In this document: piece by piece, positions 1-8,764 of the stretch
Layout of the letters: each line of letters starts with the position of its first letter
Numbering within the stretch: the stretch's first letter is position 1
Assembly: GCA_023388605.1 (NCBI GenBank)
Contig: JAEWFX010000021.1
Location: 1 to 50,782 of the forward strand
Direction: 5' to 3'
Length of the DNA stretch: 50,782 bases
Source: Bacillota bacterium
GTDB taxonomy: Bacteria > Bacillota > Clostridia > Saccharofermentanales > DTU023
Translations under genes and position numbers: made by a program
The notes under the pieces: generated by a model
Databases searched by the model: none
What the model was told of the DNA's origin: nothing
What the model saw: the letters and a program-made list of their open reading frames with translations, nothing else

Positions 1-37
1 CTGTTGATCGCAGCGGGCGAGTTCTACCAATTCTTCA

Positions 38-841
38 TCAGTCAAGTGGGTTACGTTGGTTGCTGGCTTCATAGACAATAATTCCTGTAGCTACGGCGGC
101 ATTGAGAGAATTGATTACACCATGCATCGGTATTTTGACTAGATGATCACAGTGCTCTTTGATTTTTTGACTGAGACCCTTGCCTTCGTTTCCGATCAGA
201 ATCGCACACTTGCCACGATAATCCACTGTGCGATAATCTTCGCTGCGTTCGTCTAGGGCTGCTCCGAAACTCCAGAATCCTACTTCCTTCAATTGTTCGA
301 CAGCTGAAGATAGATTGACCACACGAGCTACGGGCACGTGCATGATGGCACCAGCTGAGGCTTTGGCTACATGACTGTCCAAACTTGCCGAACGATGTTT
401 GGGGATGACGATGAGATCGACACCTGCAGCTTCAGCGATACGCAGGATAGAACCGAGATTATAACCTTCTTGAATCTCATCTAATACGATGACGAGAGCA
501 TCTCTCTCGGCCAAATGTGCTAGTTGCTCATCAAAATCCACATACGAAAAGGCTGCTATCTGCACGACTACACCTTGGTGCTCTCTGTTGTCAGCCAAAC
601 GATCTAAGACCAATTTGTCGACATATTGAATCACTATGCGTCGATCACGCAAGGCTCGGACAATTTTGCTCAAACGGTGATCACGCTTTGCATTGGCAGG
701 ACTTTTTAACACCCAGGCCTTGTTGATCTCTGCTCCGCTCTGCAGTGCTTCGAGCACAGGATTGCGTCCATATAGATAATCGGATTTTTCCTCAGATCTA
801 CCAGCTACAAAATTATGATTTTTCTTGCTCTTTTGTCTCAT
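38..841 (-). CDS. rlmB: TrmH/SpoU-family 23S rRNA 2'-O-ribose methyltransferase (RlmB/YacO type)
   Basis: ORF 38..859. It has the N-terminal 'YLYGRNPVLEAL' region and the SpoU motifs 'ILIGNEGKGLS' and 'IPMHGVINSLNAAVATGI'. It lies in the conserved cysS-mrnC-rlmB order. I moved the start to the ATG at 841 (M7, with GAGGA just upstream); the TTG at 859 remains possible. Confidence 0.85.
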   Translation of the reverse strand: MRQKSKKNHNFVAGRSEEKSDYLYGRNPVLEALQSGAEINKAWVLKSPANAKRDHRLSKIVRALRDRRIVIQYVDKLVLDRLADNREHQGVVVQIAAFSYVDFDEQLAHLAERDALVIVLDEIQEGYNLGSILRIAEAAGVDLIVIPKHRSASLDSHVAKASAGAIMHVPVARVVNLSSAVEQLKEVGFWSFGAALDERSEDYRTVDYRGKCAILIGNEGKGLSQKIKEHCDHLVKIPMHGVINSLNAAVATGIIVYEASNQRNPLD

Positions 842-1223
842 AATCCTCGTCACCGACAAATAGGTCTTTCAGTAAATCTGTAATACGCTGGTCTTGTCCA
901 CTCAGATGCAGGTAGCCGATCAGAGCTTCAAAGGCAGTGGCATAACGGTAGGTTACAGGATCAGCATGCTTAGGCATACTGTGCGGACGGTGATTGCGGG
1001 CACGCCGCACCACATTGCGCTCCACTTCTGTCAATTTGTCCTGCAAATTGTGTAAAAAAGCTGCCTGCCCTTCGGCTCGCACATAAGGAATAGCTAAGAT
1101 GTGTAATTTGCCAGAGGCAGTTAGATGGTTCGCTAACAACATCTCGCGTATCTGCAACTCATAGTAAGCGTCGCCGATATACGCGAGAGTTGAAACTGGC
1201 AGGGATTTCACCACATCCTGCAT
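813..1223 (-). CDS. mrnC: Mini-ribonuclease III
   Basis: A roughly 136-aa ORF with the RNase III-like signature 'LAYIGDAYYELQIRE' and 'ATAFEALIGYL'. Its ATG overlaps the cysS stop (TGATG). Confidence 0.85.
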   Translation of the reverse strand: MQDVVKSLPVSTLAYIGDAYYELQIREMLLANHLTASGKLHILAIPYVRAEGQAAFLHNLQDKLTEVERNVVRRARNHRPHSMPKHADPVTYRYATAFEALIGYLHLSGQDQRITDLLKDLFVGDEDYETKEQEKS

Positions 1224-2641
1224 CAATTTAACGGTGTGAGTTTGACACCCTGCGGTGTATCATCGACTTTATAACCTAGTGCGGTGATTTGATCACGCAG
1301 TTGATCGGCCAGAGAGAAATTGCGTTCACGCTTAGCCTGGGCACGCTGCTCGACTAAGTCTGTAACTTCTTTAGGGATCTCTGCTTCAGCAGTAGCTACA
1401 TCCATTCCTAAGATCTGGCAGAGCTCCACAATCTTATCTCTTGCTGACTTAAGAACTTCTGCTGAGTAACCATTTTCAAGTGAGGCACTATTGGTCTGAC
1501 GCACCAAATCGAAGATAGCAGCAAAAGCATCAGGTGTATTCATATCAGCGTCCATGGCTTCACGGAAGCTCTTCTCTGTCTGTTCAACAGCTTGCTCTAA
1601 TTCGCTGCTGACAGCGGCATCCACAGATGCTTTGATATCACCTGCACGGCTGAGCATGAAATCGATGTTCTCGACGCAGTTTTCGATACGAGATAGACCA
1701 TTGGCAGCAGCTTCTAGCAGGGTATCAGAGAAGTTGATCGGCATACGATAATGGGTCTGCAGCATAAAGAAACGCAGTACTTTGTACGGATATTTTTTCA
1801 CCAAGTCACGGACAGTGAAAAAATTACCGGCTGATTTTGCCATCTTGGCATAATCGACATTTATGAAACCATTGTGCATCCAATAACGGACAAAAGGTTT
1901 GCCGTTGGCAGCTTCACTCTGAGCGATCTCATTCTCATGATGTGGGAAAACCAAATCTTGACCACCACCATGGATATCCACGGTCTCACCCAGATATTTC
2001 TTGTTCATAGCAGAGCACTCGATATGCCAACCAGGACGTCCCTTGCCCCACGGCGAATCCCATTCAGGCTCACCGGGTTTAGCGAACTTCCAGAGCACAA
2101 AATCTTTGCTGCCACGCTTCTGATCAGTGGAATCAACACGTTGCGAAGCACCTTCTTGCTGCTCATCTAGGTCGCGGTGTGAGAGCTTACCGTACTCTGC
2201 GAACTTATCAGCTTCAAAATACACGCCATCTTCAGCGACATAGGCATAACCTTTGGCTTCGAGAGCCTCGATCATCTCGATGATCTCAGGTATACATTCG
2301 GTGGCACGTGGATGATGTGATGCACGTTTGATATTCAAACCATCAGCATCGGTAAAATACTCGGTGATCATACGATCAGCCAAAGCTTGGACAGTTATAC
2401 CCTCGCTGTTGGCACGCTTGATCATCTTGTCATCGATGTCCGTGAAATTCTGTACGTAGGTAACCTTGTAACCTAAATACTCTAGGTAGCGTCTGAGAGT
2501 ATCATAGACGATGAAAGGTCTGGCATTGCCTAGATGGAAAAAGTCGTAGACTGTAGGCCCACAAACATAAACTTTAAAATGATTTTCGGTTAAAGGCTGT
2601 AACTCTTCGTAACTGCGACTGAGATCATTGTAAATTTGCAT
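1223..2641 (-). CDS. cysS: Cysteine--tRNA ligase
   Basis: A class I aaRS with a HIGH-type 'HLGNARP', a KMSKS-type 'KMAKSAGN', and 'WHIECSAM'. I moved the start to the ATG at 2641 (MQIYNDL...), which sits 7 nt after AAGAGG. The GTG at 2659 would place that SD inside the coding sequence. Confidence 0.93.
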   Translation of the reverse strand: MQIYNDLSRSYEELQPLTENHFKVYVCGPTVYDFFHLGNARPFIVYDTLRRYLEYLGYKVTYVQNFTDIDDKMIKRANSEGITVQALADRMITEYFTDADGLNIKRASHHPRATECIPEIIEMIEALEAKGYAYVAEDGVYFEADKFAEYGKLSHRDLDEQQEGASQRVDSTDQKRGSKDFVLWKFAKPGEPEWDSPWGKGRPGWHIECSAMNKKYLGETVDIHGGGQDLVFPHHENEIAQSEAANGKPFVRYWMHNGFINVDYAKMAKSAGNFFTVRDLVKKYPYKVLRFFMLQTHYRMPINFSDTLLEAAANGLSRIENCVENIDFMLSRAGDIKASVDAAVSSELEQAVEQTEKSFREAMDADMNTPDAFAAIFDLVRQTNSASLENGYSAEVLKSARDKIVELCQILGMDVATAEAEIPKEVTDLVEQRAQAKRERNFSLADQLRDQITALGYKVDDTPQGVKLTPLN

Positions 2642-2659
2642 AAAATACCTCTTTGGCAC

Positions 2660-2823
2660 AAAAACTCGAAACGCACTCTTTTTTTGAAACCTAGCCCAAA
2701 GTCCAGGTGGGTGCCCTGCGGCGGTCTTAGATCTTCCGTGAAACGGCTTGATCGTATTCCGCTTCGACGGCGGACTCCCTTATAAAATGTGTTGGTTCAA
2801 AAATACAGAGCCAACGTTTCGAG
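2660..2823 (-). promoter_or_regulatory. Unclassified structured leader or attenuator-like element upstream of cysS
   Basis: On the minus strand a 9-bp long-range helix (2823..2815 pairing with 2673..2665) is followed directly by U5 (2664..2660). Inside it are nested hairpins at 2815..2791 and 2753..2730. I did not recognise a canonical T-box consensus. Confidence 0.3.
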
Positions 2824-2836
2824 TAACAACATAATA

Positions 2837-4066
2837 TCAGAAATCAAGGTCGAATTTCGACTGGTCCATACTATCTATCTCAGTAAAACATCGCTCGATA
2901 ATGCCACAGGCTTTGATCAATTGATCATCTGTATGTGTCGCCATGAACGATGTTCTGAGTAAACATGAATCAGCAGGCACTACAGGCGGGAAAACCGGAT
3001 TGACATAGACTTCATTGGCGAAGAGATAGCTAGAGGTGAACAGAGTCTTACCTACTGTTCCTGTCAGCAATGGTACGATGGGTACCAAGTCATTGCCACT
3101 CTCACGTAGACGGACATGTTCAGCAGCTTTGAAGCGTTCTTTAACCATGCGTACGATCTCGTGCAGACGCTCTACACGCCACGGTTCAGCCTTGAGTATT
3201 TCTAGGGCTTTGCGTGCTGCCGCTACTTGAGCAGGAGGGATACTGGCACTGAAAATAAAAGGTCTGGCTGTGTGTTTGATATATTCGATCACGGATCGCT
3301 CACCAACTACACATCCACCCAGAGATGCCAGAGTTTTAGAAAAGGTGTTCATCACCAAATCGACGTCTTGCTCGAGATTGAAATGAGATGCCGTACCTCT
3401 GCCGCCCTCTCCCAGCACTCCCAGAGAATGAGCGTCGTCCACCAGAGTTCTAGCTTGATATTTTTTTGCTAAAGCTACGATCTCAGGTAGTTTACATATC
3501 TCACCTTCCATGCTGAAAACACCATCTGTGACAATCAAAATACCTTTGTCAGGATGATTATTTCTCAACATCTGCAGACGACGTTCCAGATCCTCCATGT
3601 CGCTGTGACGATACTTATAAGTTTTGGCAAAACTCAAACGTGTAGCATCGTGGATACTGGCATGGTTCATCGAGTCGCAGAGGATAAAATCGTTGCGACC
3701 AGCTAGAGCTGATATGATGGCGAGATTCGATTGAAAACCGGTCGAAAAACTTAAGCACGCTTCAAAATTGAGGAAATCTGCTAATTCTTCTTCCAACTTC
3801 TCATGGATATCAAGAGTTCCATTCAGGAAACGCGAACCCGAACAGCCGCTGCCATATTTTTCGATGGCCTCTATCGCCGCTTGTTTGACCCGCTCATCAG
3901 CTGTTAGACCCAGGTAATTATTAGAACCCAGCATATAGGTGTGATGTCCACCCATTACCACCTCAGTATCTTGTCCACAGCTCAATGAGTGAAAATAGGG
4001 ATAAATACCTAATTCCTTAGCTTGAGCTACACGGGTATAGTTATAACATTTTTCAAATATATCCAT
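2837..4066 (-). CDS. PLP-dependent alpha-oxoamine synthase, closest by eye to serine palmitoyltransferase (BioF/Kbl/SPT family)
   Basis: 409 aa. Motifs seen are 'GSGCSGSRFLNGT', 'DSMNHASI', 'VDDAHSLG', the PLP-lysine motif 'TFSKTLASLGG', 'RPFIFSASIPP' and the C-terminal 'YVNPVFPPVVP...LLRTSFMATHT'. The FSK(S/T)xxxxGG form resembles SPT rather than the Kbl or BioF lysine context. Confidence 0.7.
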   Translation of the reverse strand: MDIFEKCYNYTRVAQAKELGIYPYFHSLSCGQDTEVVMGGHHTYMLGSNNYLGLTADERVKQAAIEAIEKYGSGCSGSRFLNGTLDIHEKLEEELADFLNFEACLSFSTGFQSNLAIISALAGRNDFILCDSMNHASIHDATRLSFAKTYKYRHSDMEDLERRLQMLRNNHPDKGILIVTDGVFSMEGEICKLPEIVALAKKYQARTLVDDAHSLGVLGEGGRGTASHFNLEQDVDLVMNTFSKTLASLGGCVVGERSVIEYIKHTARPFIFSASIPPAQVAAARKALEILKAEPWRVERLHEIVRMVKERFKAAEHVRLRESGNDLVPIVPLLTGTVGKTLFTSSYLFANEVYVNPVFPPVVPADSCLLRTSFMATHTDDQLIKACGIIERCFTEIDSMDQSKFDLDF

Positions 4067-4067
4067 C

Positions 4068-5858
4068 CTAATCTCCCAAGCGTGCGGTCTCAGCTGCCAA
4101 CCATTCGGCCTCTTCCGCAGTCAAATGTTTTGCTACTGTCTCGTACACTTGTTGTTGATAATCATTCAACCAAGCCAATTCTTCTCTAGTCAATTCCTCC
4201 ACAACTATAGCTTCGCGGTCGAAAGGGATGAAAGAGATTGTCTCGAAAGCGTAAAAGGTATCGTCGCCCACCTTGCGATCCTCGTAGACGATCAGGTTGT
4301 TCTCCAAACGTATACCGTATTCGCCTTCACGGTAGACACCAGGTTCATTAGTCACCAACATACCCGGCTTTAGTGCGATGGTGCTCGGATGACGACTGAT
4401 ACGTTGCGGACCTTCGTGCACACCTAAGAGATAGCCTACAGCGTGACCCGTACCACATTTGTAGTCGCTGTGATGCTGCCATAAGGGCTGACGAGCTAGC
4501 ATATCCAAGTAATCACCCGTGATGCCTTTGAGGAATTTAGCTCTAGCGAGTGCAATATGACCCTTGAGAGTTAGGGTGTAATCTAGGCGTTCCTGTTCTG
4601 TCAAACCACCCAGACTGATAGTTCTAGTAATGTCAGTCGTGCCTTTATGGTATTGTCCACCGCTGTCGATCAAGTAAAAACCTCGCGGTTCTAAACGACT
4701 AAAACTCTCAGGATTAGCTGAGTAATGCATCATAGCACCATTGGGACCGTAGGCAGAGATTGTGGCAAAACTGTCTTCGATGAAGTACTTACTCTCGGCA
4801 CGCAGAGAATGGAGCTTTGCTTCAGTATTCAGCTCATCTAATTCACCCGAAGCGACATTTTGTTTGACCCAGTAGATGAATTTGGTGAGCGCTACAGCAT
4901 CGTCTACATAAACTTCTTTCAGGCAACGCTGCTCTGTCTCATTGAGACAAGCTTTGTAAAGACGGGGGAAATCCATCTCATGAGTAATTTTCACACTGGC
5001 AGGGATGGCGCTGTAGAGATTGCGGCTGAGTATCAAGGGGTCGACCACCAACGAACTGACACCGAGTTCATCGATACCAAAGATATAATCGTATACTGCT
5101 TCATAGGGCAGAGCTTCGATGTCGACTGCCGCCAGATAATTGAGGATATCATCAGTCAATTTGCGGCGATCAAGAAATATCTTCGTCGTCTCTGTAGTCA
5201 CCAAGAGGAAGGACAAGCTGACGGGATTGCTAGGTATATCGTCGCTGCGTAAATTAGTCAGCCAACAGACATCGTCAAGACGAGCATAGAAGGCGGCATC
5301 TACACACTTCTCAGCCAAATATTCACGCACTTTTGCTATTTTCTCGCGAGCATCTAGACCAGTGTACTCGACTCCATGTATGAAGAGCGGAGAATGTGGT
5401 AGCTCAGGTCTGTCTTCCCAGATATCCTCCACCAAGCTAAGGTCTGTACGAATAGAGACATTCTTGTTGCTCAGTAACTCAGAAAAGCTGCGATATGACT
5501 GTTCAGAAACTACATCACCGTTGAAGCCGAAACAGCTACCTTCGGCCAAATTTTCTACCAGCCATTCTTCGATTGTCGGCACACCTTCCACAGCCATTTT
5601 CATCAGGACAAATTCACTGCCAGCGATCTGTTTTGCCGCTTGAATGAAATAACGTCCGTCCGCCCACAAGAGAGCTGCATTCTGTGTGACTAGAGCAGAG
5701 CCTTGAGACCCGCTGAAACCAGTCAGCCATGCACGGGTACGAAAAGCATCGGGTACATATTCAGATTGATGATAATCGGCAGTATTTACATAGTAACAAT
5801 CCACGCCGCTTTGACGCATCTTTTCACGTAAAAGCTCAAGTTTCTTGGCAGTCTCCAT
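4068..5858 (-). CDS. M24B Xaa-Pro aminopeptidase (aminopeptidase P family, long form)
   Basis: 596 aa. The C-terminal pita-bread metal-site motifs are 'YLIDSGGQY', 'GTGHAVGYLLGVHEGP', 'TNEPGVY' and 'GIRLEN'. The stop lies 1 nt from the start of the downstream SPT-like gene. Confidence 0.8.
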   Translation of the reverse strand: METAKKLELLREKMRQSGVDCYYVNTADYHQSEYVPDAFRTRAWLTGFSGSQGSALVTQNAALLWADGRYFIQAAKQIAGSEFVLMKMAVEGVPTIEEWLVENLAEGSCFGFNGDVVSEQSYRSFSELLSNKNVSIRTDLSLVEDIWEDRPELPHSPLFIHGVEYTGLDAREKIAKVREYLAEKCVDAAFYARLDDVCWLTNLRSDDIPSNPVSLSFLLVTTETTKIFLDRRKLTDDILNYLAAVDIEALPYEAVYDYIFGIDELGVSSLVVDPLILSRNLYSAIPASVKITHEMDFPRLYKACLNETEQRCLKEVYVDDAVALTKFIYWVKQNVASGELDELNTEAKLHSLRAESKYFIEDSFATISAYGPNGAMMHYSANPESFSRLEPRGFYLIDSGGQYHKGTTDITRTISLGGLTEQERLDYTLTLKGHIALARAKFLKGITGDYLDMLARQPLWQHHSDYKCGTGHAVGYLLGVHEGPQRISRHPSTIALKPGMLVTNEPGVYREGEYGIRLENNLIVYEDRKVGDDTFYAFETISFIPFDREAIVVEELTREELAWLNDYQQQVYETVAKHLTAEEAEWLAAETARLGD

Positions 5859-5870
5859 AAATCTCTTCTT

Positions 5871-5899
5871 TCTTAAGCATGATTTTTGTTTGATATAAT
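5871..5899 (+). promoter_or_regulatory. Putative sigma-70 promoter with an extended -10
   Basis: TGATATAAT at 5891..5899 is an exact TGnTATAAT. The -35 region near 5871 is weak. The AGAGGAGG RBS and ATG at 5949 lie about 40 nt downstream. Confidence 0.5.
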
Positions 5900-5948
5900 A
5901 ATACTAACTTAGCAAATAAACATAAAAATTCACATAGAGGAGGTAACT

Positions 5949-6287
5949 ATGTCTGATCAACTGTTGGGTAAGGAGTTGAAATTACTCGGTCACAAGTATA
6001 GCGGTCATTTCGGTGATCCTGCTGGTTATGAAGAGATTTTATTCGAGACAGCTGAGTCTTCCTACGTCTTGTTGGGTCAGGGTGGCTATCACTCCATCCA
6101 TCAAGGAGTAAATCTCCGCCAACTCACCAAGGCCAAAGCACACAAATGGCTGGTCGAAGTAGTAGGAGCGGAACAGGCGGATAAGCTGATCAAGGTCAAA
6201 CCACGCAAACGTTCTGTCACTAAGACCACCAAGACTGCTAAGACCACTAAAACTACTGCTCGTCGCAAGACCACAGAGCAGAAATAG
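5949..6287 (+). CDS. Hypothetical small protein with a Lys/Thr-rich basic C-terminal tail
   Basis: A strong RBS (AGAGGAGG) sits 6 nt before the ATG, and a terminator follows. I recognised no family. The tail reads 'KPRKRSVTKTTKTAKTTKTTARRKTT'. Confidence 0.55.
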   Translation: MSDQLLGKELKLLGHKYSGHFGDPAGYEEILFETAESSYVLLGQGGYHSIHQGVNLRQLTKAKAHKWLVEVVGAEQADKLIKVKPRKRSVTKTTKTAKTTKTTARRKTTEQK

Positions 6288-6312
6288 AATACCTAATCAA
6301 TTCAATGGACTA

Positions 6313-6336
6313 GAAAACGACTACGGTCGTTTTTTA
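6313..6336. terminator. Bidirectional intrinsic terminator between the small ORF (+) and murC (-)
   Basis: The stem AAAACGAC / GTCGTTTT (6314..6321 and 6326..6333) has a TACG loop. It is flanked by an A-run and a T-run, so it can work on both strands. Confidence 0.75.
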
Positions 6337-7791
6337 GTCCAAAATTTTTTCCAGTGCCTCGTGTAAGGTCAAAGTTCCCATCGCCAAACACATATCCCCT
6401 GGTTTTAACTCTCGTTTCAAGTAATCAAGAATACTCTGATAGTCGCCTAAGAAGGTGGCATCACCACCACGCTCGTTGATCTTATCAGCTATGGTGCGTG
6501 TGCTGAAGGCATGCGTCATCTCGCGGTTGTCGTAGACTTCAGCTACGAGCACATGAGGGTACTTGACCAGAGCATCGACAAAGCCATCACAGAGCAACTC
6601 GGCACGGCTGGTGATGATGGGTTCTAAAATTAAAAATAGACGATCTGCTTTGAATTGCTCAGCCGCTTCGCTGGCTAGTCGAACGGATTCAGGGTGATGG
6701 GCATAATCTCCGACAATACGTGCACCATTGATGGTACCCATCTCGGTGAAGCGTCCACCTGGGCCAGTATATGTACGCATCACCTGTTTGCAGACCTCCG
6801 GATCACAGCCATTAGCCATAGCCGCTAAAGTGGCAGCTAAGGCATTGTCGACATTGTAGAGACCTGGCATCTTGAGATTAAAAGTACCTAATTCCACACC
6901 TTGGAAGACCATCTCAAACTCAGGATAACCGTCGATAAAACGCAAATTTTTGCTGTAGAGATCCGCATCACTAATCTCATCTGCGTGATCAAAAGTCATA
7001 ATACGTAATGTCCCCAGTAATCCAGGTTTCAGTATCTCAACATGATCTAATAATCTAGGGATATTGAGATCGAACAAAGGATATATAAATGTCGAACCTG
7101 GCTTGAGGTTAGCGATGAATTGTGCAAAGGCATGGATCACATCTTCTAAGGTCGGATAGTAATCTACGTGATCATGATCTAAATTTAGCACCACAGCTGT
7201 AGTGGAAGAGAAATGCAAAAATGATCCGCCAAATTCACAGGCCTCTGAGACCATCATGCGCTGAGAACCGATATGTACGGTGGAGCCAAACTCCTTGATT
7301 TCAGCACCGACATGGATGGTCGGATCAAAATCAGAAGCCGTGAACATCAGACCACATAAAGTAGTAGTCGTAGACTTTCCGTTAGTACCAGCGATGTTGA
7401 TCACACATTGATGCAGACGATTGATCAAGCCCAAAAACTGAGCTCGTTCGATCACAGGAATACCCTGTTCACGTGCAAAGATTAATTCGGGATTATCCTC
7501 GCTGATCGCCAGAGTATACACCACTAAGTCCGGCTTGAATTGTCGTATATTATCAGCTTTTTGGCCGATGAAAACTTCGATACCTCGCTTCTCGAGATCA
7601 GTCTGCTTAGCAAAACCTTGCATGTCCGAACCAGCTACTAAAAGCCCATGACTCTCAGCCAGCTCAGCTAGGCCACGCATACTGATACCACCGATACCGA
7701 TGAAGAAGACTTTTTGGCCACGTCTGTAGATGGATTTAAGCTCTTCGTACGGTGTGTCGTCAACAAATATTTCACGCAAATTTCTTTGCAT
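6334..7791 (-). CDS. murC: UDP-N-acetylmuramate--L-alanine ligase
   Basis: Rossmann motif 'FIGIGGISMRGLAE' and Mur-ligase P-loop 'GTNGKSTTT', with 'DHDHVDYY'. An AGGAG RBS precedes the start. Confidence 0.9.
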   Translation of the reverse strand: MQRNLREIFVDDTPYEELKSIYRRGQKVFFIGIGGISMRGLAELAESHGLLVAGSDMQGFAKQTDLEKRGIEVFIGQKADNIRQFKPDLVVYTLAISEDNPELIFAREQGIPVIERAQFLGLINRLHQCVINIAGTNGKSTTTTLCGLMFTASDFDPTIHVGAEIKEFGSTVHIGSQRMMVSEACEFGGSFLHFSSTTAVVLNLDHDHVDYYPTLEDVIHAFAQFIANLKPGSTFIYPLFDLNIPRLLDHVEILKPGLLGTLRIMTFDHADEISDADLYSKNLRFIDGYPEFEMVFQGVELGTFNLKMPGLYNVDNALAATLAAMANGCDPEVCKQVMRTYTGPGGRFTEMGTINGARIVGDYAHHPESVRLASEAAEQFKADRLFLILEPIITSRAELLCDGFVDALVKYPHVLVAEVYDNREMTHAFSTRTIADKINERGGDATFLGDYQSILDYLKRELKPGDMCLAMGTLTLHEALEKILD

Positions 7792-7891
7792 AGAAACTCC
7801 TGTTCAATAAAAATTTTTCATAATTATAATATACTTATATAGTGCAATATGAATTTTCTCACTTAGTCGCATTCAAATTTTGGAGGTACTC

Positions 7892-8764
7892 GTGCAAAAA
7901 ATCAAACATCTTATAGTTGTTATGTTGAGCTGTGTTTTGATATTGTCACTAGTCAGCTGTAGTAAATCTGCTGAAAAGTCTACTACAACCGTCACCAGTA
8001 CAACTCAAGCTACTACTGCTAAGAGTGCTACAGATATAGAAGGAAAAACTACCATCAACGTTTTTGCTGCTGCCAGTTTGACTGAAGCGATGGAAAACGC
8101 CAAAAAACTCTATACTCAGAAGCATCCTGAAGTCGATATCGCCTTGACCTTCGACTCCTCAGGCACGCTCAAAACTCAAATAGAGCTCGGTGCTCCCTGC
8201 GATATCTTCGTCTCCGCTGCACAAAAACAGATGAATGCACTGGATATCGCCTCGGAAAAAAATGAAGACCAATTAGATTTCATCGATTCCTCTACTCGCC
8301 GTGACGTACTGGAAAATAAAGTTGTCTTAGCTGTACCAGCCAACAATCCAGCAAACGTAAAAGAATTCACGGATATCACTAAGGACGAAGTCAAAAAAAT
8401 TGCTCTCGGCAACAGCGATGTACCCGTAGGAAAATACTCAGAAGAACTCTATAAAAATCTGGGTATCTGGGATCAGATTCAAGATAAGGTCTCTTGGGGT
8501 AGCAATGTCAAAGAAGTGACCACCTGGGTAGCTGAAGGAGCAGTCGATTGTGGTGTCGTATATGCTACAGATGCTAACAGTGCTAAATTGGAGATTGTCA
8601 ATACTGCTACTAGCGATATGATCAAGACCCCTGTGATCTATCCTGCAGCCGTCCTCAAGAACAGCGCCAATGCAAAAGTCGCTAAAGATTTTTTGGATTT
8701 TGTGTTCAGTGATCAAGAATCTGTGAAATTCTTTGAAGAAGTGGGATTTAAGGTACTCAAATAA
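7892..8764 (+). CDS. modA: Molybdate ABC transporter substrate-binding lipoprotein
   Basis: Motifs 'VFAAASLTEAM' and 'FDSSGTLKTQIELGAPCDIFVSAA', with a lipobox 'LSLVSC'. I moved the start to the GTG at 7892, which is 5 nt after GGAGG. The ORF track begins at the TTG at 7880. Confidence 0.85.
   Translation: MQKIKHLIVVMLSCVLILSLVSCSKSAEKSTTTVTSTTQATTAKSATDIEGKTTINVFAAASLTEAMENAKKLYTQKHPEVDIALTFDSSGTLKTQIELGAPCDIFVSAAQKQMNALDIASEKNEDQLDFIDSSTRRDVLENKVVLAVPANNPANVKEFTDITKDEVKKIALGNSDVPVGKYSEELYKNLGIWDQIQDKVSWGSNVKEVTTWVAEGAVDCGVVYATDANSAKLEIVNTATSDMIKTPVIYPAAVLKNSANAKVAKDFLDFVFSDQESVKFFEEVGFKVLK

Noticed and set aside
1-37. A possible start of another minus-strand gene at the left edge, downstream of rlmB.
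   Set aside because: Only 37 nt are available. An open frame exists, but no start or RBS can be supported.
2642-2836. Candidate identities for the structured cysS-upstream element: canonical T-box, SRP (4.5S) RNA or 6S RNA.
   Set aside because: The T-box consensus AGGGUGGNACCGCG is absent on the cysS strand; a loose resemblance (GGUGGGUGCCCUGCGG) sits on the wrong strand. The SRP domain IV GGAA/AGCA loop motifs are absent. At about 160 nt, and with the helix pattern seen, it does not show a 6S central bubble that I can verify. It stays unclassified.
6220-6275. A near-tandem DNA repeat (accaccaagactgctaagaccactaaaactact...) considered as a regulatory or microsatellite element.
   Set aside because: It is in-frame coding sequence for the KTT-rich tail of the small protein, so it is a consequence of the low-complexity peptide.
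7792-7891. A possible Moco riboswitch upstream of modA.
   Set aside because: The region is about 100 nt and AT-rich, with no conserved stems. It is too short for the Moco RNA motif and looks like a plain promoter (TATAAT at 7825..7830).
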